This document shows positions 16,988-27,131 of a stretch of 64,000 nucleotides of DNA, piece by piece. The DNA comes from Candidatus Methanophagaceae archaeon (GTDB lineage: Archaea > Halobacteriota > Syntropharchaeia > Alkanophagales > Methanospirareceae). The stretch lies in NCBI GenBank assembly GCA_003194435.1, contig PQXC01000003.1, positions 50,706-114,705 on the forward strand, read 5' to 3'. Position 1 is the first letter of the stretch, and every line of letters begins with the position of its first letter. The translations under genes were made by a program, and so were the position numbers. Below the pieces are notes generated by a model that saw only the letters and a program-made list of their open reading frames with translations, made no database searches and was not told the origin of the DNA.

Positions 16988-17755
16988 ATGACAGAGATAG
17001 AGGGGATTTTAATGAGGAAACGCGCATTAATAAAGCGTTTAGAAGAGCGGAGAAGCATAAGGAGTGCGATAGCCGATGCGGAGTCGAGAGGTAAGCGACC
17101 GGTAATAGGGGAATTGAAGAGGCGGGGCTTGAAGAGAGGTGAGATAGCGGTAGAGGTAGATGCCGAAGAGGCGGCGCGAGCAATAGAGGAAGGTGGCGCA
17201 TGTGCGGTCTCAGTGCTAACCGAAGAGGCGTTCGGCGGCACTTTAGCGGACTTAAAAGCAGCCAAACTCGCCGTTTCGATACCTGTATTGAGGAAGGACT
17301 TCATATTCGATGAGTTCCAGATAATGGAGTCGTATGTTCACGGCGCAGATGCTATTCTGTTGATAGTGAGATTCCTGAGTGAGAGAAGGCTGATAGAGCT
17401 GGTGAATAAGGCATCTTCTCTCGGTCTGGAGTGCCTTGTGGAGATAGATGGTGCTTCAAAGGACAAACTCCCTGACCTGAGCGAGATTGAAAACAAATCC
17501 ATATCCATATTGATCGGCATAAATAATCGCGATCTTAGTACATTAGAAGTGAAACTCGAGACTTTTGAAGCGATTGCACCTGAGATCAAGTCGAAAATAC
17601 CTGAAAGTGTGCCACTGATCGCAATGAGCGGGATAGCGAGCAGTGAGGATGCCACGCGGATGTTCAATGCGGGCGCCAATGCCCTGCTTGTCGGCACTTC
17701 AATCATGCATGCCGCCGATATAAAGGATAAGGTGCGAGAATTGGTTGGAGGTTAG
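16988..17755 (+). CDS. trpC: Indole-3-glycerol-phosphate synthase.
   Basis: It has a TIM-barrel IGPS pattern with PVIGELKRRG, ISVLTEEAFGG and LLIGINNRDL. Confidence 0.7.
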   Translation: MTEIEGILMRKRALIKRLEERRSIRSAIADAESRGKRPVIGELKRRGLKRGEIAVEVDAEEAARAIEEGGACAVSVLTEEAFGGTLADLKAAKLAVSIPVLRKDFIFDEFQIMESYVHGADAILLIVRFLSERRLIELVNKASSLGLECLVEIDGASKDKLPDLSEIENKSISILIGINNRDLSTLEVKLETFEAIAPEIKSKIPESVPLIAMSGIASSEDATRMFNAGANALLVGTSIMHAADIKDKVRELVGG

Positions 17756-18608
17756 ATTAGATGGAGGTGGAGTAGAGATGCGAGTTAGAGTTAGGGATTT
17801 GATTATTCTCACTTTGAGATTGAGTGCAATCCTGTTGTGCTTCATGGTGTTGTGGAGCTCAACCTCTGCGGCTATGGCTGCAGTTATGGCAAGTCAAAGA
17901 GCAGGAGCTGGAGCAGGCTTGACCGATCTTGATTTCAACAATGATGGATATATAAACCAGCGTGACCTGGATATATTGAAGTCGCATTTTAACGAGCGAT
18001 ACGCAGGTTATGCACCATGGGATCTGAATGCGGATTTTAGATGCGATTATCGTGACTTTTACTATTTCGCCGACCATGTCCCACTGAATTATCGCTATCA
18101 GGTAGCGGTAAATATCTCGGTCTGGAACATGAGCAATTATACAATCGAACGTGGCAGAGCACCTGCGCTCATACTCGGCGAGACTGTGTATCCACAGAAT
18201 CCCTACCGAGTTTTAACATGGGTAAAAGAGTGTACGAGTCTGGAACCGCCAAAGAACAACTCTGCTGTTTGTGTTCATTATGCACGAGACCTGTGCCGGT
18301 TAGCATATAAGGAACTGGGACCGAAAACGATAGCATGGGGCTCTTCGGGCGTACACGCTTATGGGATGATATATACAGGGGGTGACTGGCGGAAATTATC
18401 CAACTGGTGTATAATAGACCCTTATTGGAAGTTATACACCGTGGAAGACCGCCTGATCGGGCTACATAATACCCGGACGATAGAAATACTGCTTGATAAA
18501 GGGCGTTATGGCTATTGGGCTATTCATCTGGATGTGGATTACAGGAATAATACAATCTATGACGCATATAAGGCGGAATACCGAATATGGAAGTACAGAG
18601 AGCCATAG
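17745..18608 (+). CDS. Secreted or membrane-anchored protein with a duplicated dockerin (Ca-binding) repeat and a transglutaminase-like cysteine-protease core.
   Basis: The N-terminus is hydrophobic. Two dockerin repeats are present: DLDFNNDGYINQRDLDIL and DLNADFRCDYRDFYYF. A TGase-like catalytic Cys motif (AVCVHYA) is followed by H (GVHAYG) and D (IIDPYW). Confidence 0.45.
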   Translation: MEVRLDGGGVEMRVRVRDLIILTLRLSAILLCFMVLWSSTSAAMAAVMASQRAGAGAGLTDLDFNNDGYINQRDLDILKSHFNERYAGYAPWDLNADFRCDYRDFYYFADHVPLNYRYQVAVNISVWNMSNYTIERGRAPALILGETVYPQNPYRVLTWVKECTSLEPPKNNSAVCVHYARDLCRLAYKELGPKTIAWGSSGVHAYGMIYTGGDWRKLSNWCIIDPYWKLYTVEDRLIGLHNTRTIEILLDKGRYGYWAIHLDVDYRNNTIYDAYKAEYRIWKYREP

Positions 18609-18662
18609 AATTACTAGGGAATAGGAAATAAATATGATTGACTGAATTACATACAATTACAT

Positions 18663-19724
18663 TTGATGATACCAATCTCAAAGCCAGAGATAGGCAAGGA
18701 TGAGATAGAAGCGGTAAAAGCGGTATTGGAATCCGGTATGCTGGCACAGGGAGCGCTCGTAGAAGAGTTTGAGGATAGATTTGCATCTTTATTAGGCGTT
18801 GAGTACGCAATTGCGACAAATTCGGGTACCGCTGCACTCCATACCGCACTCGCCTCTGCGGGTATAAAAAGCGGTGACGAGGTGATTACAACCGCATTCT
18901 CTTTCTTCGCAACCGCCTCATGCGTGCTCATGCAGGGTGCCAGACCGGTATTCGTTGATATAGACCCAAGGACGTATAATATAAATCCAGAGAAGGTAGA
19001 GCGTGAGATATCAGAGCGAACGAAGGCGATAATACCCGTGCATCTCTATGGACAGCCGTGTGATATGAAGGAGCTCATGGAGATAGCAGAGGAGCATCAG
19101 CTTCTGGTGATTGAGGATGCGGCACAGGCACATGGCGCCATGTACAGAGGCAGGATGGTGGGTTCAATTGGCGATATAGGCGTCTTCAGCTTCTATTCCA
19201 CGAAAAATATCGTCACCGGTGAGGGTGGGATGATAACCACCAATGATGAGAAGATAGCGGAGAAGGCACGTATGATAAGGAATCATGGTCAGAAGGAGAG
19301 GTATATACATGAATGTCTGGGATATAACTATCGAATGACGAATATAGCCGCGGCTATTGGTCTCGTGCAGTTACAGAAGCTTGAGGAATTCAATGCGCGA
19401 CGAATAAGTAATGCGCGATATTACAATGAACGATTGAATCTCGGTAGTCCTTACGTCGCTCCCGGTGTCAGGCATGTCTTTCATCAATATACGATAAGGG
19501 TTAGAGCGAGGGAAAAGTTCTTGCAGCATCTCGATGACCATGGTATAGGTTATGGAATATACTATCCAATGCCTTTACCGAGGCAGCCGGTATTCCACTC
19601 AGATACATATTGCCCTGAGGCGGAGATTGCCAGTGCTGAGGTGGTCTCCCTCCCGGTACATCCAGCTTTAAGTAGAGATGATATAAAGAGGGTAGTGGAG
19701 GTTGTTAACCAGTATGAAGGGTGA
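18663..19724 (+). CDS. DegT/DnrJ/EryC1/StrS-family PLP-dependent sugar aminotransferase.
   Basis: The N-terminal PISKPEIGKDEIEAVKAVLESG and ATNSGTAALHTAL, plus the Lys region FSFYSTKN, identify the family. Confidence 0.8.
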   Translation: MMIPISKPEIGKDEIEAVKAVLESGMLAQGALVEEFEDRFASLLGVEYAIATNSGTAALHTALASAGIKSGDEVITTAFSFFATASCVLMQGARPVFVDIDPRTYNINPEKVEREISERTKAIIPVHLYGQPCDMKELMEIAEEHQLLVIEDAAQAHGAMYRGRMVGSIGDIGVFSFYSTKNIVTGEGGMITTNDEKIAEKARMIRNHGQKERYIHECLGYNYRMTNIAAAIGLVQLQKLEEFNARRISNARYYNERLNLGSPYVAPGVRHVFHQYTIRVRAREKFLQHLDDHGIGYGIYYPMPLPRQPVFHSDTYCPEAEIASAEVVSLPVHPALSRDDIKRVVEVVNQYEG

Positions 19725-19957
19725 AGTGAGTGAAGTGCTAAGTGTAAATGTGAATGTGAAGTTGTGTCCCCTGCAATGATGTAGCCCCATAGTTTTCCCG
19801 AGAGCCCATCGCAAGGTCTTCACAAGGTCTAACTCCTTATACAAACGCTCAGCTCACGCATGTTCACACTACCACACAACACAGCAAAAAAACCGCTGAT
19901 TATTTATAGCTCTTTACATGAATATGGATAAAGGATTAAAGGAAGTGGGGGAGAAAG

Positions 19958-21370
19958 ATGGTGAAGAAGGTGGTTATTATTGGTGGTGGTATTGCCGGGA
20001 TATATGTCTTGAGAAATCTGCTTGCGAGGCGTGATGCGGTGGCGGAGGGGCTGGATTTGACGTTGATAAAGCGAGAGCGAAGTGGCTGGGTATCCACCTG
20101 CGGATTGCCATTCGCATTAAGGGGCTGGTATGAAATAAAGAGGACGGAGATAAACGAGCCGAAGTTCTTCCTCGACCAGGGTGTTGATTTCAGGACAGAG
20201 ACAGAGGTTACGAGGGTAAGCCTCGATGATAAGTCCATAACATTGGTAACCGGGGAGGAATTGAAGTATGATTATCTTGTAATAGCAACAGGACGAAGCC
20301 CTTCTGTCCCTGATGCGGTCGCAGAGACCGAACTTGATGGTGTTTATACATTCAACAATGAGATTGATGCAGAGAAGATAGAAGCTGCGATGGAAGGTGC
20401 GAAGAATGCATTTGTTCGTGGACGTGGAATAATAGGACTGCAAGCAGCGGTGGCATTTGCAACGAGAGGGTTAAAGACAACCGTTCTTGGCGGTCCTCCC
20501 TCACTCCTTCCTTCCAGTTTGGACCCCGATATGGGTGATATGGTGAAGAAGTGGCTGGAAGAGCAGCATGGAATCAGGTTTATACTCGAACGTACGGAGA
20601 TAACAGCAGTTAAGGGCGAAGGAGGGCGAGTGAAGTCAGTGGTGATAGGCGAAGGAGCTTCAGCGAAGGAGTTACCGGCTGATGTCGTTGTTATAGCAAG
20701 GGGGATGAAGCCGAATACGAAACTCGCGGCTGATGCCGGTATAGAAACAGGTGAGAGTGGTGGGATTGTTACTGACAGCGCGATGCATGTGAAGATGAAG
20801 GGTGTACGAAGTTATCTCCATGATGTATTCTCACTTGGTGATTGCACCGAGGTCATAGATGCTATTACTCACAGACCGAGGTTGAGCCAGCTGGCATCTA
20901 CGGTGGTTGTTCAGGCAAAGGTCGTTGCTGATAATATATTGAGTGATATCAATGCGCAACCATCGTTATATTCTATCTGTGAGCCTTGTTTGAGTCCAAC
21001 AGTAGCAGAGATAGGGGGCTTGCTCGTTGGCTCGGTTGGCGTGACATCAGAAATGGCTGCAAGGGTAGGTATAAAAACAATGAGTGGTGTGGCGACGAAG
21101 CTTGTGAAAGCACGTTACTTCCCGGGTGCGAAGCCACTAACATTGAAGCTCCTATTCGAGGCATACACACATAAATTGATAGGTGCGCAGATGGTTGGTG
21201 AATCTACCGTTGCAGAGCGGGTAAACGAGCTGGAATTGGCTATACGTGCAGGCATGACCGCGGAGGAGATGAGGAATACCGAACGGTGCTATGATCCTTC
21301 TCTATCATTGCTCATAGATGTAACGATAGATGCCACAGAGAAAGCTATCGGCATCACTCCTGTCTATTAG
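19958..21370 (+). CDS. FAD-dependent pyridine-nucleotide-disulfide oxidoreductase (NADH oxidase / CoA-disulfide reductase-like).
   Basis: There are two Rossmann motifs (VIIGGGIAG and VRGRGIIGLQAA) and an active Cys (STCGLP) positioned as in Nox/CoADR. Confidence 0.7.
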   Translation: MVKKVVIIGGGIAGIYVLRNLLARRDAVAEGLDLTLIKRERSGWVSTCGLPFALRGWYEIKRTEINEPKFFLDQGVDFRTETEVTRVSLDDKSITLVTGEELKYDYLVIATGRSPSVPDAVAETELDGVYTFNNEIDAEKIEAAMEGAKNAFVRGRGIIGLQAAVAFATRGLKTTVLGGPPSLLPSSLDPDMGDMVKKWLEEQHGIRFILERTEITAVKGEGGRVKSVVIGEGASAKELPADVVVIARGMKPNTKLAADAGIETGESGGIVTDSAMHVKMKGVRSYLHDVFSLGDCTEVIDAITHRPRLSQLASTVVVQAKVVADNILSDINAQPSLYSICEPCLSPTVAEIGGLLVGSVGVTSEMAARVGIKTMSGVATKLVKARYFPGAKPLTLKLLFEAYTHKLIGAQMVGESTVAERVNELELAIRAGMTAEEMRNTERCYDPSLSLLIDVTIDATEKAIGITPVY

Positions 21371-21419
21371 TTGCAAAAATATCGTTTGGATAGCGATAGC
21401 TTCAGAGAAAGAGGTGCTA

Positions 21420-21450
21420 CGCCTGCCAGAAATAGCAGGCGGTTTATTCT
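21420..21450 (+). terminator. Hairpin (cgcctgc-cagaaatag-gcaggcg) followed by TTTATTCT, a likely terminator of the oxidoreductase gene.
   Basis: A 7-bp perfect stem is seen directly in the sequence, followed by a T-rich tract. Confidence 0.35.
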
Positions 21451-21640
21451 CAATGTTGGAACGTCTCCAACACTCACGCCAATGCCTGATTATTGACGAA
21501 TTAGCGTGTAGTGTAGCATGCAAATGATATAATGATATTCCAATTCCAAATAATTGAGAGAAGAAAAAAATAAGTTAAGCCAATCATCAACCATTCTGAT
21601 CTCTGATTGAATTGGCTTAGGCCTTAGGCTTAATGCTTAA

Positions 21641-22639
21641 TTAAAATTTGACTGGAGACTTTATAGGGTTCACATCAATGTTATAGCTGAAATGCAGCAG
21701 GTCTTTTGGGATCATCTCGAGCTTCCATGTCCCGTTCTCCGGATTCTCTATATCATACAGTACTGTATGGCTCTTGTATACTCTACGTGACCCTGGTTCG
21801 TTCATTTCTCCCTCAATGGTAGTGGGCTTCACTACCACGCGAGGTCCCCAGTAACTGTATGCATCAATGTATCCCGATATGTGAGTGGAGATTGTATCAG
21901 GTGCTATCTCCTGACCGGACGGGCGGTATAAGTGCACTGTTAAGTCCCCTTCCCCGGTTTCAAATTGATACCCACCTGTGCTCCACGTTACCGTGACAAC
22001 CACTCTCGATGAGTTTTGAGGTACATAGAACTCTTCTGTTACGGGTTCATTCAGCAGCCTGTACACCTGGATGGAATAATATTCCACCTGTTCGACGCTA
22101 TCCTCAGGTCTAAAGGCAAGCATACCTTCATAGAAGCCTGCATCTACATCATCGGGGATAGTGACCGATATCTGAAATTCTTCTGACTCACCAGCAGCCA
22201 GTGTCAGCTCCGCTGGCTTCACAGATACCCACTCGGGTTTTATCACCCTGCCTATGTACCCGTTCTCCGATATTGGTACAAGTTCTACTGTTATATCCTC
22301 TTCGCCATTATTCGTCAGGGTTCCATTGATGAGTATCGTCTGTCCTGGCTTTGCGTATGATGTAAACGGCATTCGGATGCTAAGTTTTGGCTTTGGCGGT
22401 GGTGTTGGAGGTATTGATGTTGGTGTTGGTGATACGGCACTGCTACCGCCATCGGCGCCACCTCCACTCTCTGAAGCTACTGGGTAAATCCGCGGTAGCA
22501 TCTTTACCCAATCTCCGCTTCTGTGATAAGCCTGCGGCGGTATCCGTTCAAACGGTGGCGAAGCTGCATATGCAAGTGCAACACCCGTAAGCAACGTTAC
22601 AACCATTACTATAGCCACTATACTTCTCATTTTCTTCAT
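21641..22639 (-). CDS. Secreted beta-sandwich protein of unknown function.
   Basis: It has an N-terminal signal peptide (MKKMRSIVAIVMVVTLLTGVALAYA) and a Pro/Thr/Ser linker (PTPTSIPPTPPPKPK). Confidence 0.35.
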   Translation of the reverse strand: MKKMRSIVAIVMVVTLLTGVALAYAASPPFERIPPQAYHRSGDWVKMLPRIYPVASESGGGADGGSSAVSPTPTSIPPTPPPKPKLSIRMPFTSYAKPGQTILINGTLTNNGEEDITVELVPISENGYIGRVIKPEWVSVKPAELTLAAGESEEFQISVTIPDDVDAGFYEGMLAFRPEDSVEQVEYYSIQVYRLLNEPVTEEFYVPQNSSRVVVTVTWSTGGYQFETGEGDLTVHLYRPSGQEIAPDTISTHISGYIDAYSYWGPRVVVKPTTIEGEMNEPGSRRVYKSHTVLYDIENPENGTWKLEMIPKDLLHFSYNIDVNPIKSPVKF

Positions 22640-22717
22640 CCTTCTATCACCTCCCTCATCTTTTTTAATGTGAGGCTGTGACTATATAAAACTTCCTGCC
22701 GGGTAAATTAGATTATC

Positions 22718-25594
22718 TTATCCATGCCTTTTATAAAACTTACGTTTCAGTATCTCCTTCTCATAGCTCACTATAAGCTCCACAAGGTGCTCATTCACCT
22801 CACTCTCCTGCTTCAGAATCTCTCTTGCATCTCCTATTCCCAGTCCTCTACCGGCGAGTGCGAGCAGAGCGGCTTTACCATAACGAGCAATCAAATCAGC
22901 AGATTGGTTCGCCTCCGCAACCATGCTTTTCTTATTCTTCCTTATCTCACGCCTGACCTCCTCCTCTCCCACCTTCAATGCCCCTATGCGCGTTGAACCA
23001 CATTCTGGACATCTGAGCCCAAACCCGAGCCTGAACTCTTCACCAATATCATTTATTCGCTTCACCGCAACAAAACGAAGACAATTTGTACATACAAACG
23101 TCAATTCTTCATCCAGTAACCTCGCAAGCACATATTTCAGAATGACGCGATGCATCCGTTGCGGGGGTATCAGTTCATAGCCACTTATCATCGCTGGTAT
23201 GCTCGCTATGGGACTGCACTCCTCAGATCTCAGCAGTGCTATCTTCAGCTCGCCAGTCTCCACTCGCTTTAATGCTTCTGCTGTCAGCTCTATATCAATA
23301 TCTTTATCCCTCGATTCTCTAATCGCTTCTTCGAATACCGCAGAGCCTTCAAAGCCCCTTATCAGGCTCTCCAGGTCGAGGTCGGTCAGTGATGCGTCTC
23401 TTGATATTGCACCAAACCGCCTTGCCACATGGATAAACCTCCTCTTAAATAACCTGCTCCTGAGCAATGCCCTCAATGCCTGCTTCTTTATATCATCACT
23501 GCCACTCGTGCTCAACTCGTGAATAATCGCCTCAACATCTTCCAGAGCCAGCTCTGTCCTCAGTGATATCCGATAAGGGTCCTGCTGCACACCGACAGGC
23601 GTGCCTGTCCGGTCAGATATATGAGTGGCGAGCAGCATACCCAGTGTTCTATTCACGCGCAGACCAAAAGCGCAATGCAGAATTATATACCCATTGCATC
23701 TCTCGACTGTCAGTTGTTTATCCGTCGGCACCGGATAGCCACGCTCCACCTGTCGTGACACCTCATCAATAGCACTGAGAGCCACATCCTTACTGCAAGG
23801 ATACTTCTTTGTTAGTTCTTCCGCTATCGCATCAATGCCAACGCCTCTCTCAAGCTCCTCCGCTACTTTACGTCTTAGCTCTCCCACCTCATTCGCAACG
23901 GCATAAGGTACAGGAATCTCCTCACCCACCCAGCTTGGTACCGACCCGGTTGGGTCTTCCTCCTCCTTCACATATATCCGGTCGCCATAGAGATGCAGTA
24001 TCTTCCACACACGACCGCTCTCAATGAACTTGTTCCCGGGACTCCCGTACTCAGCGACGAAAGCCTCATCCAAAACGCCCACAGGATTATCACTACTCTC
24101 TTCAATGACAAGATAGTGCTTCTCCTCTGGAATCATGGAGAGATGCTCGAAATAATAGCTGTATAACGGCTTTATCCGCTTTGGACGCGTGAATATCCTA
24201 TCCGATGCTGAGAACCATACGAGCCTTGGAATCCTGGAATGCATGTATTGCAATACAGATACCAGCTCACGCTCCTCAAGCTCGCTATATGGGTACGCCC
24301 TCCTTATCAAGCTCAAGGCTTCGTCAAAGCTCCAGCTACGTTTTAGCATGAGTAAACCCGCAATTTGATGCGCCAGCACATCGAGCGATTTCATTGGTAT
24401 CTCAGCAGGTTCCAGCTCCTCCGCAAGTGCACGCCGGCAGATCACAAGAGCCTCAAGTGCATCGTCAGAATCCTGAACTATTATTGCACCTGAAGCGATA
24501 CCGCCTATCCTGTGCCCGCTTCTCCCTATACGCTGCAATAGCCGCGTCACCTGCCGTGGCGAATTATACTGGATGACAAAATCCAGCCGCCCAACATCAA
24601 TTCCCAGCTCTAAAGAGCTTGTACAGATGATACCGTGCAGTTTTCCTTCTTTGATGCCCCTCTCTGCAGTGATACGTGATAGTTTGGATAACGAGCCGTG
24701 ATGGACTCCGACAGGGAAGTTCAGGTCCCAGACGCGGAACCTGCTACCGAGAATTTCAGCCAGTGAGCGCGTATTGGTGAATATCAGTGTAGATTTATGC
24801 TCCTCTATTAGATTCCTTATCACTCGTAATCGTGCTGCGACCTCAGGGTATGTATAGAGCTCATTTGCGAGTTTGTAGTCTTCTGAGATGACTTCTGGAT
24901 AATAGACCTCAATCTGCATTGACCTCGAGACCGGAACATTGACGACCTCGCAATCACGTTCAGTATCGGTGCCCACGAGGAATCTCGCCACTCGCTCGGG
25001 TGAGCCGATAGTAGCAGATAGCCCGATGAGCTGGAAATCACCCCTCTTCAGGTACCGAAGCCGTTCCAGTGCCAGTGCCAGCTGTGAGCCGCGTTTATCA
25101 CATGCCAGTTCGTGCACCTCATCCACAATCACCCATTTAACCGAAGCGAGGTGCTGACGCATTATTCTGCCAGTTAAGAGTGCCTGTAAGGTCTCTGGTG
25201 TGGTAATCAGTACATCGGGCGGCACCATCGCCTGCGCCTCCCTCTCCTTTGTTGTTGTATCGCCATGCCGCACACCGAGCCGTAAGTCAAGTCTTTTACA
25301 CCACCATTGCAATCGCAGGAGCATATCACGGTTCAAAGCTTTAAGTGGTGTTATGTAAAGTACTTTTATGCCATGTGGCTGGGGCTTCTCACGAATTAAT
25401 GCATCAGCAACCGGCAGGAATGCCGCTTCTGTCTTGCCACTCGCCGTCGGTGCTATCAGCAATACGTTCCTTCCCGCCATTATCGGTGGTATCGCCTTTA
25501 TCTGCGACTCCGTAGGAGTGGAAAAGCCCTTATCCGCAATGGCTTTCTGGATTGGGATAGAGAAGTAGGAGAACACCTCTGATTGCATAGTCAT
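22718..25594 (-). CDS. lhr: Lhr-family large ATP-dependent helicase (DEVH box). The start is moved to the internal Met.
   Basis: Walker A (APTASGKTEAAFL), DEVH, helicase C (QRIGRSGHR) and a C-terminal Zn-ribbon (CTNC...CPEC) are present. The ORF-track start at 25651 translates RNase P RNA sequence, so MTMQSEV at about 25594 is the plausible start. Confidence 0.8.
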   Translation of the reverse strand: MTMQSEVFSYFSIPIQKAIADKGFSTPTESQIKAIPPIMAGRNVLLIAPTASGKTEAAFLPVADALIREKPQPHGIKVLYITPLKALNRDMLLRLQWWCKRLDLRLGVRHGDTTTKEREAQAMVPPDVLITTPETLQALLTGRIMRQHLASVKWVIVDEVHELACDKRGSQLALALERLRYLKRGDFQLIGLSATIGSPERVARFLVGTDTERDCEVVNVPVSRSMQIEVYYPEVISEDYKLANELYTYPEVAARLRVIRNLIEEHKSTLIFTNTRSLAEILGSRFRVWDLNFPVGVHHGSLSKLSRITAERGIKEGKLHGIICTSSLELGIDVGRLDFVIQYNSPRQVTRLLQRIGRSGHRIGGIASGAIIVQDSDDALEALVICRRALAEELEPAEIPMKSLDVLAHQIAGLLMLKRSWSFDEALSLIRRAYPYSELEERELVSVLQYMHSRIPRLVWFSASDRIFTRPKRIKPLYSYYFEHLSMIPEEKHYLVIEESSDNPVGVLDEAFVAEYGSPGNKFIESGRVWKILHLYGDRIYVKEEEDPTGSVPSWVGEEIPVPYAVANEVGELRRKVAEELERGVGIDAIAEELTKKYPCSKDVALSAIDEVSRQVERGYPVPTDKQLTVERCNGYIILHCAFGLRVNRTLGMLLATHISDRTGTPVGVQQDPYRISLRTELALEDVEAIIHELSTSGSDDIKKQALRALLRSRLFKRRFIHVARRFGAISRDASLTDLDLESLIRGFEGSAVFEEAIRESRDKDIDIELTAEALKRVETGELKIALLRSEECSPIASIPAMISGYELIPPQRMHRVILKYVLARLLDEELTFVCTNCLRFVAVKRINDIGEEFRLGFGLRCPECGSTRIGALKVGEEEVRREIRKNKKSMVAEANQSADLIARYGKAALLALAGRGLGIGDAREILKQESEVNEHLVELIVSYEKEILKRKFYKRHG

Positions 25595-25604
25595 AGTCTT
25601 ATAG

Positions 25605-25894
25605 CCCTGGGAGGAGTGAGGAGAGTAAGCCCCCTTCTGTTTCCGCAGCATTTATCTATGCGCCCTATACGATACGGGCTTGCACCCACGAGGTTGGTCG
25701 TTCCATCCGCAGCCATACGACCTCATCCTCCCGGAATCATCGCATAGGTATGGTGCGGTATCGTTTCTATACCAGAGCCAAGACTCTCGCCTTATGCCCT
25801 CTCGGCATTCGTGTTTTTTATGGTGGGGGGACTTTCCTCAGCCTTCGTTCAAAGATAAGGAGAAGACCGGCAGCTGCCCTTCCTCTCTCCTCCC
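25605..25894 (-). ncRNA. rnpB: RNase P RNA (archaeal type A-like).
   Basis: On the minus strand, CR-I is GAGGAAAGUCCCCCC (plus 25829-25843, read reversed). CR-IV is ACAGAAGGGGGCUUAC (plus about 25626-25641). These are complementary P4 strands (GUCCCCC / GGGGGC). A P1 helix pairs the 5' GGGAGGAGAGAGGA (plus 25881-25894) with the 3' UCUCCUCACUCCUCCC (plus 25609-25624). A TATA-like TTATTTAT lies about 25 nt upstream. Confidence 0.65.
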
Positions 25895-26030
25895 ATAATA
25901 ATATTCTATCTGGGGCATAAATAATTTTTAGGAATAAGGAATAAGAGAGGGGAGGGGAAAAAATAAGAAAAAAATAAAGTTTTGTCCAGCTCCAGTTATT
26001 AGTACAGCTACACTTACCGCTTACAGCTAC

Positions 26031-27131
26031 TTACTTACCCCCGATGATGGGTATAAGACCTTCGACCTTATCCCCGCCTATCCTCGAAGAAGCTCTGTTA
26101 TTCTGACCCTTCTTGTTGTACATACCACCAAACACCCATTTCGGCTCCACACCGGTCAGTATCGCTGTTACCCTCACTTTGCCATCGAAATCGTCATTTA
26201 TACGCGCGCCCCAGATCACATTTGCATCTGGATTCAGGTCATAGGTGAGCAACTCCACGATATCGTTCGTCTCTTTCAACTGCAGGTCTTCACCACCGGT
26301 GATATGGATAAGAGCACCCCTTGCACCCTGGTAGTCTGCTTCCAGTAGCGGGTGACTGAGTGCATCAGAAACAACAGCTTCTGGCTTGTTATCTGACTTC
26401 GTCGTCTCACCCACGAGCATAACTGCGACACCGCCCTCAGCCATCACCGCGGTCAGGTCAGCGAAGTCGAGGTTAACGAGCGATGGTTTTGTTATCGTCT
26501 CTGTGATGCCCTGGATCGTGGTGGCGATGAGCATGTCCATCACCTTAAAAGCTTCATTCACCGGTCTGTCACCTGCATGCTCCAGTAACTTGTCATTTTC
26601 AAGCACGATAACAGTATCTGTCGCCTTCCTCAACTCCTCTATCCCTTCTGCTGCTCTCAGCCTCCTCCTTCGCTCGGCGGCGAACGGGAAAGAGACCATA
26701 GCGACAACAATCGCGCCCTCCTCCTTCGCTACCTCAGCAACAACGGGCGAAGCCCCTGTACCTGTTCCACCACCCATTCCCGCGGTCAGGAACACGAAGT
26801 TCTTTCCGGTTACCAGGGCTCTTATCTTCTCTTTGTCCATCTCCGCTGCCTTCCTGCCCACTTCCGGCGAGCCACCGGCACCCAGACCACGGGTAAGCGA
26901 CTTCCCGATCAGGAGCTTCGTTTTGCACTCTATCGAGTCCAGATGTAGCTTGTCGGTATTTATAGCTACTCTGTCCACACCGTTCAGACCACCAAGCAAC
27001 TCCAACCTGTTCATTGAATTGTTCCCTGCACCGCCGACGCCAACGATGGCGAGCTTCGGTACGCCAAACAATTCGTCCTCTTCGGCTGTAACCCCCTCAG
27101 AATATTCTACTTCTACCATCTCTTCTCTCAT
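26031..27131 (-). CDS. ftsZ: Cell division GTPase FtsZ.
   Basis: The tubulin signature GGGTGTG (MGGGTGTGASPV), an N-terminal GVGGAGNN and a C-terminal variable tail are all present. Confidence 0.9.
   Translation of the reverse strand: MREEMVEVEYSEGVTAEEDELFGVPKLAIVGVGGAGNNSMNRLELLGGLNGVDRVAINTDKLHLDSIECKTKLLIGKSLTRGLGAGGSPEVGRKAAEMDKEKIRALVTGKNFVFLTAGMGGGTGTGASPVVAEVAKEEGAIVVAMVSFPFAAERRRRLRAAEGIEELRKATDTVIVLENDKLLEHAGDRPVNEAFKVMDMLIATTIQGITETITKPSLVNLDFADLTAVMAEGGVAVMLVGETTKSDNKPEAVVSDALSHPLLEADYQGARGALIHITGGEDLQLKETNDIVELLTYDLNPDANVIWGARINDDFDGKVRVTAILTGVEPKWVFGGMYNKKGQNNRASSRIGGDKVEGLIPIIGGK

Noticed and set aside
19725-19775. Degenerate GTGAAGT/GTGAATG short repeats immediately after the aminotransferase stop codon.
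   Set aside because: There are only 5-6 imperfect units and no spacer structure. This is not a CRISPR array or a credible minisatellite, and is probably low-complexity 3' UTR.
25795-25828. Plus-strand hairpin ATGCC-CTCTC-GGCAT followed by TTTTTT, which looks like an intrinsic terminator in the gap between ftsZ and lhr.
   Set aside because: It lies inside the minus-strand RNase P RNA, as part of the region just 3' of the CR-I/P4 strand. No plus-strand gene ends nearby. It is better explained as RNA secondary structure of rnpB.
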